Origin: Bacteroidia bacterium
GTDB taxonomy: Bacteria > Bacteroidota > Bacteroidia > Bacteroidales > VadinHA17
NCBI GenBank assembly: GCA_026391215.1
Contig: JAPLDX010000121.1
Coordinates: 1 to 50,759 of the forward strand
Direction of reading: 5' to 3'
DNA: 50,759 nt
The notes under the pieces are model-generated. The model was not told the DNA's origin and searched no databases. It saw only the letters and a list, made by a program, of their open reading frames with translations. Shown here piece after piece: positions 46,792 through 50,759 of this stretch; positions within the stretch are counted from its first letter, which is position 1, and every line of letters starts with the position of its first letter. Made by a program: the position numbers and the translations under genes.

Positions 46792-47667
46792 ATGATTAAA
46801 TCCATGACCGGCTATGGTAAGTCCATGGCTGAAATCCCGGGAAAAAAGATCACTATCGAAATAAAGTCGCTTAACTCCAAATCACTCGATCTTAATTTAA
46901 GATTGCCCTGGATCTATAAGGAGAAAGAAACTGACATCAGGAACATTTTAAGCCAGAAGCTTGACAGGGGTAAAATAGATCTTTCAATCAATTTTGATGT
47001 TCTTGACTCTGAGATTGTTCCTGTGATAAATAAAGCTGTTGTGAAAAATTATTTCAAGCAGTTGAAAGAGATAGCAGGCGAGCTGAATATCAACGCTGAT
47101 GATCAGCTGCTTGCAACGATTATGAGACTTCCTGACGCTCTTAAAACGGAAAAACCGGAACTGGAAGAGGAAGAATGGTCACTGGTTAAGGATAAGATCA
47201 ACGAATCCATAGAACAGCTTGACCATTACAGGAAAGAAGAAGGTAAATCGCTGGAAGCCGACCTTGAAAGGTGCATAGGGAAGATACTTACCCTGCTCAA
47301 AGAGATAGAGTCATTTGAAGGTGACCGGATCACAAGGATAAGGGAGAAGTTAAATAGTTCTCTTATTGAAAATGTTGGAACAGAAAACATAGACATGAAC
47401 AGGTTTGAGCAGGAGATCATTTTCTATCTTGAAAAAATGGATATCAATGAGGAGAAGGTGAGACTGAAAAAGCATTGTGAGTATTTCCTCGAAAAGATCG
47501 CTACTGAACCACCGAACGGAAAGATCCTGAGCTTTATCTCGCAGGAAATAGGCCGTGAGATAAACACTATCGGGTCGAAAGCCAATGACGCATCAATGCA
47601 GAAGCTTGTGGTAATGATGAAGGACGAACTGGAAAAGATCAAGGAACAATCATTAAATGTTTTGTAA
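46792..47667 (+). CDS. yicC: YicC/YloC family endoribonuclease
   Basis: MIKSMTGYG, EIKSLNSK, DINEEKVRL, QEIGREINTIGSKAN and EKIKEQ. Confidence 0.95.
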   Translation: MIKSMTGYGKSMAEIPGKKITIEIKSLNSKSLDLNLRLPWIYKEKETDIRNILSQKLDRGKIDLSINFDVLDSEIVPVINKAVVKNYFKQLKEIAGELNINADDQLLATIMRLPDALKTEKPELEEEEWSLVKDKINESIEQLDHYRKEEGKSLEADLERCIGKILTLLKEIESFEGDRITRIREKLNSSLIENVGTENIDMNRFEQEIIFYLEKMDINEEKVRLKKHCEYFLEKIATEPPNGKILSFISQEIGREINTIGSKANDASMQKLVVMMKDELEKIKEQSLNVL

Positions 47668-47678
47668 TGAGATTCTGA

Positions 47679-48251
47679 ATGAGAGGTAAGCTCGTTATAA
47701 TATCAGCTCCATCGGGAGCGGGCAAGTCAACAATTATAAGGCATCTTCTTGAAAATGACATCAATCTTGAATTCTCAATATCAGCAACTACAAGGGCACC
47801 AAGAGGCAGGGAAAAAAACGGGAGAGAATATTACTTTCTGACTATTGAAGATTTCAAAAGAAGAATAAAAGACGGTGCTTTTATAGAGTGGGAAGAGGTG
47901 TATAAGGATCAGTTCTATGGCACACTAAAAAGCGAAATAGACAGGATTTGGTCGCACGGCAATCATGTCCTCTTTGATGTGGATGTAAAAGGCGGTATAA
48001 ATCTTAAAAATATTTTCAAACACGAGGCAATTTCCATTTTTATCATGCCTCCATCAGTCAGGGAACTTGAAAAAAGACTTCTGCTCAGGGGAACTGATGA
48101 TCCCGGCAAGATTAGGATGAGATTGGCAAAAGCAGAAGAGGAAATGAAACTTGCCGACGAGTTTGATAATATTGTCCTAAATGACAACCTTGAAGAGGCT
48201 GAAGAAGAGATATATGAGCTAATGAGCGGCTTTATAAGAAGAGAGACTTAA
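47679..48251 (+). CDS. gmk: Guanylate kinase
   Basis: SAPSGAGKST P-loop, SATTRAPR, YGT and DVDVKG. Confidence 0.97.
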   Translation: MRGKLVIISAPSGAGKSTIIRHLLENDINLEFSISATTRAPRGREKNGREYYFLTIEDFKRRIKDGAFIEWEEVYKDQFYGTLKSEIDRIWSHGNHVLFDVDVKGGINLKNIFKHEAISIFIMPPSVRELEKRLLLRGTDDPGKIRMRLAKAEEEMKLADEFDNIVLNDNLEEAEEEIYELMSGFIRRET

Positions 48252-48253
48252 TA

Positions 48254-48847
48254 ATGCTAAAAGCAGGTCTATACTTTGGGTCCTTCAACCCGATACATAT
48301 CGGGCATATTGCTATTGCCGGATACATGCTTGAGTTTACGGGGCTTGATGAGATATGGTTTGTTGTCAGTCCTCACAACCCACTGAAGAAGAAAGATACT
48401 CTGCTTGATGACTATCAGCGTCTTCATATGACAAACCTGGCTATTGGCAATAATGACAGGTTGAAAGCTTTGGATATAGAATTCAAAATGCCGGTTCCCT
48501 CCTATACTATTGATACTCTTGCATATCTGGAAGAGAAATATCCCTATCACCGTTTTTCCCTGGTGATGGGCGAAGACAACCTCAACACTCTCCATAAATG
48601 GAAAAACGGTCTGGAACTGGTACAGAAATGTCCGATACTGGTTTATCCCAGACCTGATTCAAAAAAGCCGTCAGAACTTATGCTGGAACGGATCCTTTCT
48701 GCAGCAGATATCTGTTTTGTCAAGGCACCAATGATGGATATATCAGGTACTTTTATCCGGAATGGCATAAAAAAGGGCAAGAATATGTCATACTTCATGC
48801 CTGCCCCTGTATGGAAGTATATTGAGGAGATGCATTTCTATAAGTGA
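48254..48847 (+). CDS. nadD: Nicotinate-nucleotide adenylyltransferase
   Basis: GSFNPIHIGH, SYTIDT, MGEDN, WK and ISGTFIR. Confidence 0.96.
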   Translation: MLKAGLYFGSFNPIHIGHIAIAGYMLEFTGLDEIWFVVSPHNPLKKKDTLLDDYQRLHMTNLAIGNNDRLKALDIEFKMPVPSYTIDTLAYLEEKYPYHRFSLVMGEDNLNTLHKWKNGLELVQKCPILVYPRPDSKKPSELMLERILSAADICFVKAPMMDISGTFIRNGIKKGKNMSYFMPAPVWKYIEEMHFYK

Positions 48848-48867
48848 CCCCCATGTCATGCTGAAGG

Positions 48868-48966
48868 ATGACCTACCCCCTAAAGGAGGTTTAAAACTCA
48901 ATTACCTATTTATTAAGTCATTATAAGGTTTATTGCCCCCCTTCAGGGGGGGTTGGGGGGTCGAGG
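48868..48966. repeat. C-run/G-run palindromic element between convergent genes
   Basis: GACCTACCCCCTAAAGGAGG opposed to CCCCCCTTCAGGGGGGGTTGGGGGTC; related to the elements at 3675 and 29477. Confidence 0.65.
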
Positions 48967-48967
48967 G

Positions 48968-49510
48968 TCAGACTTTCTTAATAATCTCCAGTCCCCGCTG
49001 AAGAGCCTTCTCATTTATCGGGATAAGGTCATGATATCTCTCGGGCAGGGACTTCTTCAACCCTTTTATAACATTTTCCATTTTAATGATAGGCTTCACC
49101 TTGAGGAATCCCCCCAGGACTATCATATTGAAGATCTTCGGATTGCCCATTTTCCCTGCCTCCTCGGCAGCATCAACACGGTAAATTGTGATATCCTTTC
49201 TTTCAGGATTCCGGGTTATTCCATTACTGTCATAGATAAGTATCCCTCCCGGCTTTATGTCGTTCTCGAATTTATCAAGCGACTGCTGGTTGAGGATAAT
49301 TGCCGTATCAAAATGCCTCACAATCGGAGAGCTGATCCTGTCGCTGCTTATTATCACTATTACATTTGCTGTACCGCCACGCATTTCCGGCCCGTACGAC
49401 GGCATCCAGCTCACTTCCATATCCTGCATGATCCCGGAATATGCCATAATTTTGCCCATCGACAGAACACCCTGTCCCCCGAATCCGGCTATTAATATTT
49501 CTTCAGTCAT
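48968..49510 (-). CDS. 2-oxoacid:ferredoxin oxidoreductase gamma subunit
   Basis: AGFGGQGVL, SYGPEMRGGTA and NMIVLG. Confidence 0.95.
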   Translation of the reverse strand: MTEEILIAGFGGQGVLSMGKIMAYSGIMQDMEVSWMPSYGPEMRGGTANVIVIISSDRISSPIVRHFDTAIILNQQSLDKFENDIKPGGILIYDSNGITRNPERKDITIYRVDAAEEAGKMGNPKIFNMIVLGGFLKVKPIIKMENVIKGLKKSLPERYHDLIPINEKALQRGLEIIKKV

Positions 49511-49531
49511 AATTATTCAGAATTTCATTGT

Positions 49532-50323
49532 TCATTTGGCAGATTGTTCTTCGGGAGTCTTAAGGTCACCGAGCGGATAGAAAGGAAGCATGTTCTCCTC
49601 CAGCCACTTATTAGACTGAACCGGAGTCATTTTCCAGTTTGAAGGGCAGTTTGAAACAATTTCGATGAAGCATGTACCTTTATTCAGTTTCTGATACTGA
49701 ACAGCCTTTTTCATGGCTTTTTTGGTTTTCTTCACGTTGGCGGGAGTATGAACACTTTGCCTGGTTACATAATATGTCCCTGGTAAAGTAGCAACTATAT
49801 CTGTCATTTTCAGCGGATTCCCCATTGTCTTGACGTCTCTTCCATACGGCGATGTTGATGACTTCATTCCGGGAAGAGTTGTCGGAGCCATCTGGCCCCC
49901 TGTCATTCCGTAGATCCCGTTATTTATAAAGATAATAAGAATGTTCTCGCCCCTGTTGCAGGAGTGAATGGTTTCTGCGGTACCGATAGCAGCAAGATCA
50001 CCATCACCCTGGTAGGTAAAAACAAACTTCTCCGGGAGCAGCCTCTTGACTGCTGTTGCTAGTGCAGGAGCCCTGCCATGAGCGGCCTCCTGCCAGTCAA
50101 TATCTATAAAATTGTATAGAAGAACCGCACAACCGACAGGGCATATGCCGATGGTCTCGGACTGAAGTCCCTCCTCCTCGATAATTTCTGCTAAAATACG
50201 ATGAGCAGTTCCATGACCACAACCCGGACAATAGGATAGTACATTCTCGGTCATGAGCCTTGTTCTTTTATAAACCAGGTTTTCGGGCTTAATTATTTCT
50301 TTTATTCCTGTAGCTTCAGCCAT
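49532..50323 (-). CDS. 2-oxoacid:ferredoxin oxidoreductase beta (TPP-binding) subunit
   Basis: YCPGCGH, HGRAPA, QGDGDL…NNGIYGMTGGQ and CPSNW. Confidence 0.95.
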   Translation of the reverse strand: MAEATGIKEIIKPENLVYKRTRLMTENVLSYCPGCGHGTAHRILAEIIEEEGLQSETIGICPVGCAVLLYNFIDIDWQEAAHGRAPALATAVKRLLPEKFVFTYQGDGDLAAIGTAETIHSCNRGENILIIFINNGIYGMTGGQMAPTTLPGMKSSTSPYGRDVKTMGNPLKMTDIVATLPGTYYVTRQSVHTPANVKKTKKAMKKAVQYQKLNKGTCFIEIVSNCPSNWKMTPVQSNKWLEENMLPFYPLGDLKTPEEQSAK

Positions 50324-50326
50324 ATC

Positions 50327-50759
50327 TTAACCTCCTATAATTTTTGATTTCAAATTTTCCACAACCTCATCGGGTGCTGTTACGATCCCTCCCATCCTTC
50401 CAAAATGATAAACAGGTACTTTCCCGTTTACAGAAAGAAGCACATCCTCAACCATTTGGCCAGCACTCATTTCGACTGACAACATCAGTTTCACCCTGTC
50501 GGCCAGTTCCCTTAAACGTTTTGAAGGGAACGGGAAGAGTGTTATGGGTCTTAAAAGTCCGGCTTTTATTCCCTGTTCACGTGCCAGCTGGACTGATTTC
50601 TGGCAGACACGAGCGCTAGTGCCATATGCAACAAAAAGATAATCTGCATCTTCACACTGAAACTCCTCATAACGGACCTCCTTTTCCTTTATCTCGTTGT
50701 ATTTAGCCACCAGCTTCTGGTTAAATACTTCCTGTGCATTCGGATCAAGGTCGAGTGAA
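50327..50759 (-). CDS. 2-oxoacid:ferredoxin oxidoreductase alpha subunit (VorB-like), 5' part outside the window
   Basis: VAYGTSAR, LLRPITLFPFP and VEMSAGQM; the frame is open to the window edge. Confidence 0.9.
   Translation of the reverse strand, partial: SLDLDPNAQEVFNQKLVAKYNEIKEKEVRYEEFQCEDADYLFVAYGTSARVCQKSVQLAREQGIKAGLLRPITLFPFPSKRLRELADRVKLMLSVEMSAGQMVEDVLLSVNGKVPVYHFGRMGGIVTAPDEVVENLKSKIIGG

Overview
A 50.8 kb chromosomal segment from a Bacteroidota organism, most likely an anaerobic Bacteroidales. This rests on TAnnTTTG -7 promoter motifs, a T9SS C-terminal domain, gldF/gldG-dnaN synteny, yicC-gmk-nadD and 2-oxoacid:ferredoxin oxidoreductase genes. The right half is mostly housekeeping: FAH (broken)-exonuclease-dnaN, gldFG, spoIID-lpxB-surE, pheT-macrodomain-ubiA, tnaA-MATE-yicC-gmk-nadD and OFOR subunits. 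The left half is accessory: the end of a probable IS481-like element, an M1 aminopeptidase, a Type IIG restriction-modification gene, a CotH kinase, a GH2, an orphan RND adaptor, a Tat-signal molybdoenzyme cluster (xdhC-mocA-iorA-iorB) with a divergent amidase and tatA, and several small uncharacterised genes. The most unusual signals are non-coding. (1) The 3' end of the RM gene carries two opposed 8-bp arrays: 24 consecutive GATC-containing units in two alternating variants, facing an inverted TCGA-rich array. (2) The RM gene has an AT-rich, apparently swapped target-recognition cassette and an in-frame repeat insertion. (3) About seven distinct families of REP/MITE-like palindromic elements occur in the window; some nest in one another, one abuts the IS end, and several supply stop codons to genes. 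All calls are from reading the sequence and motif recognition; no database searches were run.
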